DNA of 64,000 nt from Octopus sinensis (GCF_006345805.1 NC_043000.1:11160001-11224000), one strand, 5' to 3'; counted from the stretch's first letter, positions 11,009 through 24,888 are shown. The notes: generated by a model from the letters alone, not told the origin. Translations and numbers: made by a program.

Positions 11009-11549
11009 TATATATGTATGAGCGTGTTTGTGTGTTTGTGTTTGTCCCCCCAACATCGCTTGACAACCGATGCTGGTGTGTTTATGTCCCCGTAACTTAG
11101 CGGTTCGGCAAAAAAGAGACCGATAAAATAAGGACTAGGCTTACAAAGAATAAGTTCTGGGGTCGATTTGATCGACTAAAGGCAGTGCTCCAGCATGGCC
11201 ACAGTCACATGACTGAAACAAGTAAAAGAGTTCTGCAGCAAATCCAAAACAACTTTGCCTTTCATCCATTTGGGGTTGATAAATTAAGTACCAGTTTTGG
11301 GGTTGATAAATAAGTACCAGTTGCATACTGGGGTCGATCTAATCGACTGGCCCCACTCCCTCCAAATTTCGGGCCTTGTGCCTGGAGTAGAAAAGAATTT
11401 GATACCTTCCCTAACTACCTTCTACAAAAATGAGACAGTTGGATACAGCAGTTTGGACACTGGGGATTTGGTACAGCTAACTGGACACGGAACCTGTTTT
11501 TGCATCAGTACTCTTTGGCACTACAGGCAAACACATGCATGCACGCATG

Positions 11550-11570
11550 GGCACACACACACGCACACAC

Positions 11571-11608
<38 letters not shown>

Positions 11609-11713
11609 ACTCATACACACACACACACACACACACATACACACACACACACGCACACACACACGCACACACACACACACACACACACACTGACTCATAC
11701 ACACACACACACA

Positions 11714-11762
<49 letters not shown>

Positions 11763-11790
11763 TCATACACACACACACACACACATACAG
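11550..11790. repeat. (CA)n microsatellite with an internal higher-order duplication
   Basis: The interruption series cg..cg..tgactcat..cat occurs twice. Confidence 0.9.
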
Positions 11791-12344
11791 ATATCTGTTT
11801 TGACATTACTTATGCAATACTGGTTTATCTGACATCAGACATTTTAATGTTTCTCCCATTCTTTCTCTCTCTCCCATTCCTCCCTCCCTCTCTCTCTCCT
11901 ATTCCTCCTCCTTCCTCTCTCTCTCTCTGTTTATGTAAATGGACATATTTCTCTTTATGCATATGAAGAGAGGGTAACTGTTTATGTCAAACATGTTCAA
12001 TTTTTCAATTAAAAAACTAGAGCGAGGTCGTTGCCATAACGCCTGACGGGCCCCCACCCCACGTGCCGGTGGCACGTAAAAAGCACCCACTACACTCTTG
12101 GAATCGTTGGCATTAGGAAGGGCATCCAGCTGTAGAAACTCTGCCAAATCAAGATTGGAGCCTGGCGCAGCCATCTGGTTCGCCAGCCCTCAGTCAAAAT
12201 CGTCCAACCCATGCTAGCATGGAAAGCGGATGTAAAATGATGATGATGATGATGATGAACCTCTCTCCTTACTCCCATCCCTCTATATCTGTATATGCCT
12301 ATTTCTATGCACACATGCATATGTGTGTGCTTGCCTTCTGTGGA

Positions 12345-12729
12345 TGGAAGCACTCCGTCGGTTACGACGACGAGGGTTCCGGTTGATCCGAATCAACAGA
12401 ACAGCCTGCTCGTGAAATTAACGTGTAAGTGGCTGAGCACTCCACAGACACGTGTACCCTTAACGTAGTTCTCGGGGATATTCAGCGTGACACAGAGAGT
12501 GACAAGGCCGGCCCTTTGAAATACAGGTACAACAGAAACAGGAAGTAAGAGTGAGAGAAAGTTGTGACAAAAGAGTACAGCAGGGATCACCACCATCCCC
12601 TGCCGGAGCCTCGTGGAGCTTTAGGTGTTTTCGCTCAATAAACACTTACAACGCCCGGTCTGGGAATCGAAACTTCAACCCTATGACCGCGAGTCCGCTG
12701 CCCTAACCACTGGGCCATTGCGCCTCCAC
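12345..12729 (-). mobile_element. Full-length tRNA-headed SINE (family R)
   Basis: Head gtggaggcgcaatggcccagtggttagggcagcggactcgcggtc...ttcgattccc; 3' end gtcgtaaccgacggagtgcttcca. Confidence 0.88.
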
Positions 12730-13090
12730 TTGCCTTATGTGCCAAAATACACAATCACTAAAACAGATTAAATGTCCACTCAGGATGTCCAAATAACCAC
12801 TTTCAGTCATTTCATTCCAACCTTTAAAAAGATAAAATTCTTTTGAAAAAAACCATCACAATTCTGCAAATCCAACCTATGTGTAGGATAACAAGTACTG
12901 GGGAAGTATTTCATTTACAAGAATGCTGTTATCTAAATAGTGAGAAAATTGCATTTTTTTTTCTTATGTAAAGATCGACTGCTGCATTCCTGGTGAGATT
13001 TCAAGAATTCTTTCTAATTTTGGTGCAATGCCAGTGATTTTGAGAAGGGAAATATGTTTATATTGACCCCCAATGGTCTACTGGTACTTA

Positions 13091-13512
13091 CTCTTTTACT
13101 CTTTTACTCCTTTACTTGTTTCAGTCACTTGGTTGTGGCCATGCTGGAGCACCACCTTTTTAGTCGAGCAAATCGACCCTAGGGCTTATTCTTTGTAAGC
13201 CTAGTACTTATTCTATCAGTCTCTTTTGCCGAACTGCTAAGTTATGGTGACATAAACACCAGAATTGGTTGTCAAGCGATGTTGGGGGGACAAACACAGA
13301 CACACAAACATATACACACACATATATATGTATATATATACATATATACGATGGGCTTCTTTCAGTTTCCGTCTACCAAATCCACTCACAAGGCTTTGGT
13401 CGGCTCGAGGCTATAGTAGAAGACACTTGCCCAAGGTGCCACGCAGTGGGACTGAACCCGGAACCATGTGGTTGGTAAACAAGCTACTTACCACACAGCC
13501 ACTCCAACGCCT
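13091..13512 (-). mobile_element. Full-length family-K SINE with internal microsatellite
   Basis: Head ggagtggctgtgtggtaag, internal (TA/TG)n, tail (gagtaaaa)n. Other pieces near 11020, 19850, 32790, 33200, 33763, 36890 and 62105. Confidence 0.88.
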
Positions 13513-13809
13513 ATTTTAATTATTTATGCCTAAAGGCAAAGTTAATCATGGTGGCATTTGAATTCACAACGTATAGAGCCTGAAGAAATGTCATTAATTA
13601 TTTTGATTGGTATGGTAACGATTCTACCAGCTCAAGAATAAGGAGAAACAACACATACACACTCACACACATATACCCACATATAAATGCCCACATGTGT
13701 AAACACTTGCATACACCAAAAATGTATATGCATGTGTGTGTGTGTACATGTGAGTCTGCATACTTGTGTGTGCATGTGAGGGGGGTGAGTTGTAAGTGTA
13801 TACAATTAA

Positions 13810-14030
13810 CCCTTTAGTATTCACATTATTCTGCCAAAGTTAATGCCTTTTCATCCACATTGTTTTGAACTAATCATGCATTATCTTGTAGCGATGAGAT
13901 TTTGATGAGGTAGCTATTAATTTTCAAAACGATATTGTAGGATTGGTGTGAGAGACCAGATCTGGCCAGTTTGAACATAAAACAAGTAGAATACTTTTGG
14001 CCGGATATGGCCGGTTTAAATGCTAAAGGG
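13810..14030. mobile_element. piggyBac-type MITE
   Basis: TTAA|ccctttagtatt...aatgctaaaggg|TTAA. Confidence 0.85.
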
Positions 14031-14191
14031 TTAAACAAATCAGAATGAGGAGAAAGGAAATAATGAGAACACTGTTAAGACTTCTGAAAAATTTTAAGAT
14101 GAATAAATAAATTAATTTTTCCGGGAATTGTCTCCTTGTTGAAAAGTGATTCTATCATTTGTAAATTTAGCCAGCAATATTCAACCAGGTG

Positions 14192-14840
14192 AAGGCAGCG
14201 AGCTGGCAGAAACTTTAGCGTGCTGGGAGAAATGCTTAGTGGAATTTCGTCTGCAGTTACGTTCTGAGTTCAAATTCCGCTGAGGTCGACTTTGCGTTTC
14301 ATCCTTTTGGAGTCAATTAAATAAGTACCTATTTCTTTATTACCCACAAGGGGCTAAACATAGAGGAGACAAACATGGACAGACATAGGTATTAAGTCGA
14401 TTATATCGACCCCAGTGCTTAACTGGTACTTAATTTATCGACCCCGAAAGGATGAAAGGCAAAGTTGACCTCGTCGGAATTTGAACTCACAACGTAACGG
14501 CAGCCGAAATACCGCTAAGCATTTCGCCTGACGTGCTAACGATTCTGCTAGCTCGCCGCCAATTAAATAAGTACCAGTTATGCACTGGGGTCGATATAAT
14601 TGACTTAATCCATTTGTCTGTCTTAGTTTGTCCCCTCTGTGTTTAGCCCCCAGTGGGTAATAAAGAAATAGGTATTTCGTGTCTTTACGTTCTGAGTTCA
14701 AATTCTGCCAGGGTTGACTTTGCCTTTCATCCTTTTGAGGTCAATAAATTAAGAACCAGTTGTGTACTGGGGTCAATCTAATCGACTGCCCCACCCCCAA
14801 AAAATTTCGAGCCATGTGCCTAGAGTAGAAAAGAATATTC
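14192..14840. mobile_element. Family-M SINE cluster: plus-strand dimer interrupted by an antisense copy
   Basis: Antisense copy at 14330-14559 flanked by TSD caattaaataagtacc (14314-14329, 14560-14575). Confidence 0.85.
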
Positions 14841-15202
14841 AAGCAGATGTTTTCCAAAGAAAATAACCTCCAGTCAGTTTGTAATGCAGCATTATCAACA
14901 GATTGAAAACTGTGTTAGCTATAATTCTGTGCAATCAATATCAGTTTTGTTGTTTTTAGATTTCCTTTTAACACTTAAATGAAATATTTACTGATACGAT
15001 GGAAAATCAAACCAGTGGCACCATTCCAGAGTATAAGAGAGAAAGAGAGAAGGAGGAATGTAAATAGAGAGAGATATAAAGAGAATGGTAAGAGAATGTG
15101 AAGCTTTCTTTTATAACAAGTTTATGTGTTCTTCAAGAATGTGTTTGTAGTTGGTTGCTGTAACACGTGTCTGCAACATTCATCATTATCATCAACATTT
15201 AA

Positions 15203-15609
15203 CCCTTTTGATACCAACCCGGCTGAAACCACCTCTGGCTCTGTAGTACAAATGTCTTGTTTTCATAAGTTTTGAATTAAAATCTTCCACCAAACCTTAG
15301 TCACAATTTATGTTCCCAACACTAGCTTAATGATAATTAAGTTATTTTACTAAATTCTTTGTTATCCCTCTCTCTCTTTTGAAGAGGCACTGAGCAGCTA
15401 TACGCACATGGCAGTAACTTCCACCTACCGAATTCAATCACAAAGCTCCGGTCAGCTCAGGGCTATAGTGGAAGACACCTACCCAAAGTGCCACGCAGTG
15501 GGACCGAACCCGAAACCATGTAGCTAGGAAGCAAGCTCCCTAACCACACAGCCATGCCCTAATTGAATGAAACACAAAGCAACTCAAAATAAATACGGTA
15601 ACAAAAGGG
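15203..15609. mobile_element. piggyBac-type MITE inserted in the TTAA of an RTE tail, itself carrying a SINE fragment
   Basis: TTAA at 15199-15202 and 15610-15613; RTE tail resumes on both sides; family-K piece at about 15375-15560. Confidence 0.8.
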
Positions 15610-15937
15610 TTAATGTCCATTTTCCATACTGGCATGGGTTGGACGATTTGACAGGATATGGTAAAGCCAAGGTCTGCATCAGGTTCCATAGCCTGTTTTG
15701 GCTTGGTTCCTACAGCTGGATGCCTTTCCTAACACCAACCACTTTACAGAGTGTACTGGGTGCTTTTTACATGGTACCGTCACCAGTGCTTCTTTTATGT
15801 GGTATCTTTCATTTTAGGATCTCAATTCTGTTGTGGTGAGTATATTTTTTCTCGAGTCCATCAATGCAGCACATACCTCAGTCCTCTATCATCTCCTTCA
15901 TGAGGTTCAATGTTTTGAAATCCACTTTCTTTGTGTG

Positions 15938-16121
15938 TGTGTGTTGTGACTGTTTCTGTATGTGAGTGAACATCCCTTGATTATTGTTACCCTCACCACT
16001 GTACCTGCTAGAAATAGCAGCCAAACTCCTTCAAAACAAAAAACAGAAACCTCACAGAACACAGTCTTATGTACATCTTTTGAATGTGAGCTTATTTGTT
16101 CAGTGCTGACCAAGGACTCAC
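15938..16121 (+). repeat. ~184-bp dispersed direct repeat, copy 1
   Basis: Near-identical to 18001-18183. Confidence 0.9.
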
Positions 16122-16338
16122 ACACACACACACACACACATATTGCCATCCTCCTCCTCCCCATCATCATTGTTTTTAACATCCACTTTTCCAGACAGAG
16201 TTTACTGAGGCAGAGTTTGCACAGCCGGATACTCTTCCTCTCACCAACACTCACCAGGTTACATGTAAGGTAAACAGTTCACCATGGCCAGGCATGCTTT
16301 CATGGAATATTTGAAATGACTGACTCTCCATATTATAA

Positions 16339-16618
16339 TATAATAACACTCATTTACACTGTGTTATAATAACACTCATTTACACTGTGTTATAATAACA
16401 CTCATTTACACTGTGTTATAATAACACTCATTTACACTGTGTTATAATAACACTCATTTACACTGTGTTATAATAACACTCATTTACACTGTGTTATAAT
16501 AACACTCATTTACACTGTGTTATAATAACACTCATTTACACTGTGTTATAATAACACTCATTTACACTGTGTTATAATAACACTCATTTACACTGTGTTA
16601 TAATAACACTCATTTACA
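16339..16618. repeat. 26-bp minisatellite, about 10.8 perfect copies
   Basis: Unit tataataacactcatttacactgtgt; no spacers. Confidence 0.95.
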
Positions 16619-16715
16619 ACCGCCAGGACAAGAAGACACAAAAATGTGTGCACACACACACACACACACAGTTGAATAAAATTTTGCATAAAATGCTTGG
16701 AGTATGCTATACAAA

Positions 16716-16973
16716 GTGGAGGCACGTGGCTTAGTGGTTAGGGTGTCAGAATCATGATCGTAAGATTGTGGTTTCAATTCCTGGACCAAGCGACGCGTTG
16801 TGTTCTTGAGCAAAACACTTCATTTCACGTTGCTCCAGTCCACTCAGCTGGCAAAAATGAGTAACGCTGTGATGGACTGGTGTCCCGTCCAGCTGGGAAA
16901 CATATACACCATAGAAACCGGGAAACCGGGCCCATGAGCCTGGCTAGGCTTTAAAAGGGTGCATTTATTTATT
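16716..16973 (+). mobile_element. tRNA-headed SINE with (TTTA)n tail, 13-bp TSD
   Basis: TSD tatgctatacaaa at 16703-16715 and 16974-16986. Confidence 0.9.
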
Positions 16974-17261
16974 TATGCTATACAAAACTTGTACACAATT
17001 ATTGGCTACCAAATGTCATCATACAGTAGGAATATTCTTGTCATTGGATATACATCTGGAATTCTGTAGCATCTGTAGAGTTTATATAAAGATGTGAAGA
17101 AGACAAAATGGATGGAAGGACATTCTTTATTTCATTTCACTACGATTGTTTCCACATATTGTCATACTTGTTGTACATTGGTGATATAATTAACAGATTG
17201 TGTAATCACTACCATCCATCAATGGTATAGGATGAGTCTCTTCAGCTGATTATTTTGAATA

Positions 17262-17765
17262 CCATAAATCCTTGAGTATAATATACAGGTGATTTTTAGG
17301 GGGCTGTACCTCTGAAAAACCTAAACCTTGTGTATAATATGCACCCCTTCTCTAACTTGAGTCAAGGAGGTCTATATAATGTCCTTGGTTTGTAAAAATG
17401 TATACGGTAACGTCCTTTATTATTATTGTATATATAACATAATGCAAACGTGTAGCTTTTTTGTGCATTTTGTTTGCAGAAAATAAAGAAATAACAGGAA
17501 TAAAAGTAATAACGTTTAATAAATGTTGCTTATTGCAAGTTATGGATGATTCTTTTATGACTTCATTGCCTTCAAGCTTAGCTTAAGGTATTTTCACACC
17601 CGACATCACAAAATGCGTCTGAATAAACATTGCCAGACAGCAAATAAAGATTCAGACATTGCTTAGAAAATATTTTTCATTTTCAACCTCGTATATAGTA
17701 CGCACTAGGGATTTTGACCTTTAAATTTTAGGGAAAAAATGCTGATTATACACGAGGATTTACGG
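17262..17765. mobile_element. Tc1/mariner-superfamily MITE (Tc2/pogo-like ends)
   Basis: TA|ccataaatccttgagtataat...attatacacgaggatttacgg|TA. Confidence 0.75.
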
Positions 17766-18000
17766 TAGGTTCTTTGTTAGATCAGATTGCCATTTCACTC
17801 TATACATGAATGAATATCCAAAGCAGTGTTCAAATTTCAGCAATTTGCTGACAAAACTAAACCCATGAATAAAATGACAGACAAAGCAAAAATATAATCA
17901 AAATACAAAAATGCAAAAACAAAGAAACAAACAAAAAATTCCATGTCCGGTTATTATCTGACTGTGAAAATAGAATTGTATTTTATAGTTAAAATGTGAG

Positions 18001-18183
18001 TGTGTGTTGTGACTTTCTGTATGTGAGTGAACATCCCTTGAATATTGTTACCCTCACCACTGTACCTGCTAGAAATAGCAGCCAAACTCCTTCAAAAAAA
18101 AAAAAACAGAAACCTCACAGAACACAGTCTTATGTACATCTTTGAATGTGAGCTTATTTGTTCAGTGCTGACCAAGGACTCAC
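18001..18183 (+). repeat. ~184-bp dispersed direct repeat, copy 2
   Basis: Near-identical to 15938-16121. Confidence 0.9.
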
Positions 18184-18689
18184 CACCAACAACAACAATG
18201 ACAAGCCTGCAAAGTTAGATCAGTCAATTTTTTTTCCCCGCTTTCTCAAAATACTCCATTATCTTATGTCCTGGTATTGTTTGCATGGGACTTTCCTCAC
18301 ACCTGAATATCTGTTTATACAGCTCAAAGATTTATGCGACTACATTACCATTACACACACATTATATAAATATATCCATACATGATGTGTGCATGTATGT
18401 CTGTGTGTGTGTGTATATATATACATATATATATATATTGCAAATAAGAAAATGAAGGAGAACAATAATTGGTTCATCAACTTTAGGACATTAAAAATGT
18501 TAACTTATTTAATTATTAAACTGATAATAATAATGATAACATACATACATATAGCATATTATTCTATGCATATAAGATAAGGATACAAGTAATTATTAGC
18601 AAACATGAATATAAATTAGTAAAATAACTTTTATATATATATATATATATAATGTATGCGTGTGTGCATGCATGTGTGAGTGTGTGTAG

Positions 18690-19350
18690 ATGTATGTATG
18701 CATGTATGTATGTATGTATGCATGTATGTATGTATGTATGTACGTATGTATGTATGTATGTACGTACGTACGTATGTATGTATGTATGCATGTATGCATG
18801 TATGTATGTATGTATGTATGTATGTATGTATGCATGTATGCATGTATGTATGTATGTATGTATGTATGTATGTATGCATGTATGCATGTATGTATGTATG
18901 TATGTATGTATGTATGTATGTATGCATGTATGCATGTATGTATGTATGTATGTATGTATGTATGCATGTATGTATGTATGTATGTATGTATGTATGTATG
19001 TATGCATGTATGCATGTATGTATGTATGTATGTATGTATGTATGCATGTATGCATGTATGTATGTATGTATGTATGTATGTATGTATGTATGCATGTATG
19101 CATGTATGTATGTATGTATGTATGTATGTATGCATGTATGCATGTATGTATGTATGTATGTATGTATGTATGTATGTATGCATGTATGCATGTATGTATG
19201 TATGCATGTATGTATGTATGTATGCATGTATGTATGTATGTATGTATGTATGTATGTATGTATGTATGTATGTATGTATGTATGCATGTATGCATGTATG
19301 TATGTATGAATGTATGCATGCATGTATGTATGTATGTATGTATGCATGTA

Positions 19351-19386
<36 letters not shown>

Positions 19387-19460
19387 TGTATGTATGTATG
19401 TATGTGTGTGTGTGTGTATGTATGTATGTATGCATGTATATATATATGTATGTATGTATA
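18690..19460. repeat. ~770-bp (TATG)n array with interspersed CATG units
   Basis: Direct reading; explains six long pseudo-ORFs. Confidence 0.97.
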
Positions 19461-20373
19461 TTACATGCATGTTATACATATACAGATTTTGGTGATGCAA
19501 ACAGAAAAAGTAGAACTCAAAACATGAGTATATATTTATATATGTTTTTTTTTAACAATATTTAGTAGGAACAACAGTGACTCAGTTTTATAAGTGTTAA
19601 CACACAAAACCCTTGACCCCTGAATCACTTTGTTGTTTTTGCTAAACACTGGTAAAAAAAAATATCACACACACACACACACATTATATTATATTATTTT
19701 ATATAGAGATAGAGATACATCATTACATATGTATATTATATGTATATTATGCATGCATACACACACACATATATATACACATACATACATACACACATAC
19801 ATACATACATACATAATACATACGTATATATTCTTTTACTTTTTTCTTTTACTAGTTTCAGTCATTTGACTGCGACCAAGCTGGAGCACCACCTTTAGCC
19901 TAATAAATCAATCCCAGGATTTATTCTTTGTAAGCCTAGTACTTATTTTTATTTCTTTATTGCCCACAAGGGGCTAAACATAGAGGGGACAAACAAGGAC
20001 AGACAAAGGGATTAAGTCGATTATATCGACCCCAGTGCATAACTGGTACTTAATTTGTCTACAATCATGAAATTAGCATTAGCATATCTCACTCTTTCTC
20101 ACGGAATCCCTAGGAATCTCTCATGGAACTCTAGAGTTCCAGAGAACCTCAGTTCAGAAACGCTGCTGTAGAGTAATACACAAGCACTTAGCTATGAGTG
20201 CATTGCATCTTATAGCGGAAACAGTTGTAAGCTAATGAAGTGAATTACTTAATTTCTTATTCTCTAGTCATTTGTTTAATTTCCTATTAATGCTCTGTTC
20301 TTGACTGACACTTATTTCTGAAGCATGTGTATATTGAGTTCTAAAACCAGTATCACAATGCCTAAGTAAAATG

Positions 20374-20444
<71 letters not shown>

Positions 20445-20794
20445 GTATATTTTATATTATATTGAGGGCATTACTATACATAAATGCCACACACTAGGAG
20501 AGATTCTTAAAGTCAAAACTACCGGAGTATATTCAGTACTGAATTTTTATTCTGAATAAACACATTGTACTGAGATGCAATTCGAAAAAGCCCTCCTTTT
20601 ACATAGATGTATAAAGGATGAACATTTCTATATGCTACACTGGATACATTGGTTGTTCGTCAGGTATGTTGATTTTTGTTCATTCATTATAAATCTTGAA
20701 TTACGCTTGCACTGAAGATTAAAAGGTGCATTTCTGCACTAATTATGAAATGAAGTAATTTGCAACTGAATTCTCTTTTCAAAGTTATAACCGA

Positions 20795-20890
20795 ATTGAT
20801 CCATGATAGAGTAGACCTAGATAAGATGCAGTTTGGCTTTGTCCCCAGAAGAGGCATCACATATGCAATCATATATGCAATCTTCCTCAA
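20795..20890 (+). pseudogene. RTE reverse-transcriptase fragment
   Basis: VDLDKMQFGFVPRRGIT.AI. Confidence 0.65.
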
Positions 20891-21493
20891 GAGGAGAGGG
20901 AGTGAGTGAGTGAGTGTGTGTAAGTGTGCACGCATGCACGTATGTATGTGTGTGTGTGTGTGTGAGTAAAAGAAAGAGAGAGAAAGGGAGAGAATGAGAG
21001 AAACACCAAAATTTCTGATGTCAAACGAGTCAGTGTTGAATCAGCTACACCAAACTGGCGGCACCAAAACAGCTGCACTGAAGCATCTCATACTTGACCG
21101 AGCTGGAATGGAATAGCAACAAATTTAAGTAAACCATGATGAAAAAAATAAACATAAAACAACTGAGTGAAAAAACAAACAAAAAGGGACTTGGAAGTCC
21201 AGTGAAGATCTGTAGAAAACAGACAACAGACTTATTGAGTGCCTTCCCAAATATATTTAACTCCAAAAGTTGAGATATAGTAGTGGGTGTTTCAATGGGG
21301 CAGTAATAATTCCAAGAATTTAAGTACAGGAAAAAAAGAAAATCAGTAATTTTACCAAAACTGATAACGTTGCTAAAAGTGCTAAAACGCGAGGGGTGCA
21401 GGATGTTATAGCTGTTGGGACAGGGTAATTACACATTCAATTTTGTGGCTTTCTATTTTTAAACAGATTCTCATTTCAATCTGTCTTCACTAT

Positions 21494-21512
21494 TCTATCT
21501 ATCTGTCTCTGC

Positions 21513-21570
<58 letters not shown>

Positions 21571-21575
21571 GTTTG

Positions 21576-21606
<31 letters not shown>

Positions 21607-21607
21607 G

Positions 21608-21672
<65 letters not shown>

Positions 21673-21695
21673 CTATATATCTATCTATCTATCTA

Positions 21696-21778
<83 letters not shown>

Positions 21779-21870
21779 GTTTGTCTATCTATCTATCTAT
21801 CTGTCTATCTATCTATCCATCCATCCATCTATCCAGCCAGCCAGCCATCCGTCTGTCTGTCTGTCTGTCT
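21494..21870. repeat. Compound (TCTA)/(TCTG)/(TCCA)/(CCAG) tetranucleotide array
   Basis: Direct reading; a second (TATC)n at about 22283-22370. Confidence 0.95.
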
Positions 21871-21946
21871 GTCTATCTATTTATTTCTTTGTTTCTCCCT
21901 CTCCTCCTTCTCCCTCCAACTCTCACCCTCCCTCCCCCTCTCTCTC

Positions 21947-21979
<33 letters not shown>

Positions 21980-22295
21980 CTACATACTCACACACCCACA
22001 CACATCTATGCATACATTTACATAAGCATCCATATATACTCACACATACATACATGCATGCATACACACATACATACATACATACATACATAAACACACA
22101 CATATGGATGTTAGTATGTATGTATGTATATTTTAATAAGTTTGTCACCCGATAGGAAGGATAGTGGCCATGACCTTTTATAGGCCTTTATCAAAACGTT
22201 CCTCTCTCCCATCAGACCTCCACATCTCCTATATCTCTGTCTATTCGTCCATTCATCCATCTGTTCATCAAACTAGCCTCCCTTCTATCTATCTG

Positions 22296-22370
<75 letters not shown>

Positions 22371-23851
22371 GTCCATCTATCTACCTGTCTATCTTATTTC
22401 TTTACTGCCCACAAGGGGCTACACACAGAGGGGACAAACAAGGACAGACAAATGGATTAAGTCGATTACATTGACCCCAGTGAGCAACTGGTACTTAATT
22501 TATCCACCCCGAAAGGATGAAAGGCAAAGTCAACCACAGTGGAATTTGAACTCAGAATGTAGCGGCAGACAAAATACCGCTAAGCATTTCGGCCAGCATG
22601 CTAATGTTTTTGCCAGCTCGCCACCTTCTTTTTTTTATATTTGCGTGGAGCTTAGGTGTTTCGCTCATAAACACACACATCACCCAGTCTGAGATTCAAA
22701 CCCGCGATCCCTCAACTGCGAGTCCGCTGCTCTAACCACTAGGCCATGTGCCTCAACCTGTCTATCTGTCTTTCTATCTAGCTACTTTTTGATTTCTTAC
22801 CACAACACCAATACCATAGTCAAATACTAACCAAAAACCAACACTATCAGCAGTTGCCATACAGCCACCACCACCACCACCACCATCATCATCATTATCA
22901 TCATCAGCATCATCATTTAATGGCCATGGTCCATGCTGGTATGGATAGGACAGCTTGGCAAGAACCAATGTATCCAAGGACTGCATTAAGCTCCAATGTC
23001 TGTTTGGCATGGTTTCCATGACTGGATACTCTTCCTAATGCCAACCACTTTTAGTGTGAACTGGGTATTTTTTTCATACCACTTGCACTGTTGAGGTCAC
23101 TATGCAGTTTGCAACAGGACTACATGCCCTTGGGTAGGTGGGGGATCATCTTCATGCCAGTGGATAAGGAGATTGCTATGAGGGGGATGGTGGCAGAGCA
23201 GATTCCTGCAGAGGGATCTGCATGGCTACTCACACCTAATATGAAAAAAAAAATCAATTCCATTTTCAATACTTTCACCAATATTACACCAATACCCTTA
23301 CTGTCATCCAAGCCAACACCATGAACAAAAATACCATTTATACCATCACCAATACCTCTGTGGCAAGACAAAACTGAGTTACCAGATTACAAAATTTAAG
23401 TCACAACATAATACACCCTTGCTCACATGGGAAATCAAATTATTGGCCAATCAATAGCCAGATTTCATGTGATAGATCATTCTAGATCCTTCTGGAACCT
23501 CTCAGTACAAAGGTAATATGAAGGCTTGTTTTTAACACCAACTTTCAGTGTGTGGTTACCCACAGTCCAGCTTCACATACTCTTTTGCTGTTTGTAATAA
23601 TTGTTTTAATGACTCCAGTTCAACAAGGATATGCCATCATATCTGGCCAGTGTGAATCTGATGTGTATATTTTCTCCTGTCCTGGCAAGCTTAAGTACAG
23701 AGCTTTTGTAATCAACTATTTATGAATAATACAGAATTCTTCTTTCTATTGACTGGTTGAATATTACTTGTGCAGTGATATAAAAAAAAGTTACAGTTAA
23801 ATGTTTGCAAGGTGTTGTTACATCATTCACACACAGCCTCACATGCATACC

Positions 23852-24085
23852 TATTTCTTTACTACCCACAAGGGGCCAAACACAGAGGAGACAAACAAGG
23901 ACAGACAGACGGATTAAGTCGATTATATCGACCCCAGTGCATAACTGGTATTTAATTTATCGACCCCGAAAGGATGAAAGGCAAAGTCGACCTCGGTGGA
24001 ATTTGAACTCAGAACATAACAGCAGACGAAATACTGCTAAGCATTTTGCCCGGTGTGCTAACGTTTCTGCCAGCTCACCGCCTTT
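23852..24085 (-). mobile_element. Full family-M SINE with 14-bp TSD
   Basis: TSD ctcacatgcatacc at 23838-23851 and 24086-24099. Another copy at about 22391-22625. Confidence 0.9.
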
Positions 24086-24842
24086 CTCACATGCATACCA
24101 TCAAATAAAACACCTCCACCAATTCACTGATGTGAACCACTAAAACCACCACCTATACTATCATCAATTCTCCACCAAACTACCAATTCTGTCTCCTATA
24201 CCAATACCACCACCACCACCAACGCCACCGCCAACACTACCTTCTACCTCTTTTCAGTAGAAATCTCATAAGATGCTTCAGCAAGGAACCCTATGCATTT
24301 GTTTCAGTCATTAGATTGCAGCCTTGAAAGGTACTTAGTTGAACAAATTAACCCCAGCTAAGTTCTGGAGACATAAACAAACCAACACCAGGTAGTGGAG
24401 GTGGACAAACACAGACACAAAGATACATACACACATGCACACACACACACATGCAAGCACATGCAAGCACACACATGTGGCACCATGCGAATATCATGTG
24501 AATGGCACCCATGGAATTGTTGTTGGGGCCATTGCTAGTGTAATGCAAATGCCACCCATGAAAGGGTAGTCATGACCATTGCTGGTGTTGTGTGAATGGC
24601 ACTCGTGAAATCATAGCAATGGTCATAGCTGATGTTATGCAAATGGCATCCATGCCAGTGGTATGTAAAGGTAACTATTAACTCTGGGAGTGATTGGTGT
24701 TAGGAAGGGCATTCAGCTGTGGAAACCATACCAAAATCAGACTGGAACCTGGTGCAGCTTCTCTGGCTTACCGGTTCCAGTCAAACTGTGTGACCCATAC
24801 TCACATAAAAGGTGGACGTTAAATGGTGCTGCTGCTGCAATT

Positions 24843-24843
24843 C

Positions 24844-24888
<45 letters not shown>

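Noticed and set aside
16339-16618. CRISPR-like array of short palindromic repeats
   Set aside because: Units are contiguous with no spacers, there are no cas genes, and the context is eukaryotic.
18564-19565. Six long ORFs of 200-290 aa
   Set aside because: Translations of the (TATG)n array. The same applies to ORFs over (CA)n, (TA)n, (TCTA)n, (GAT)n and (CAC)n tracts elsewhere.
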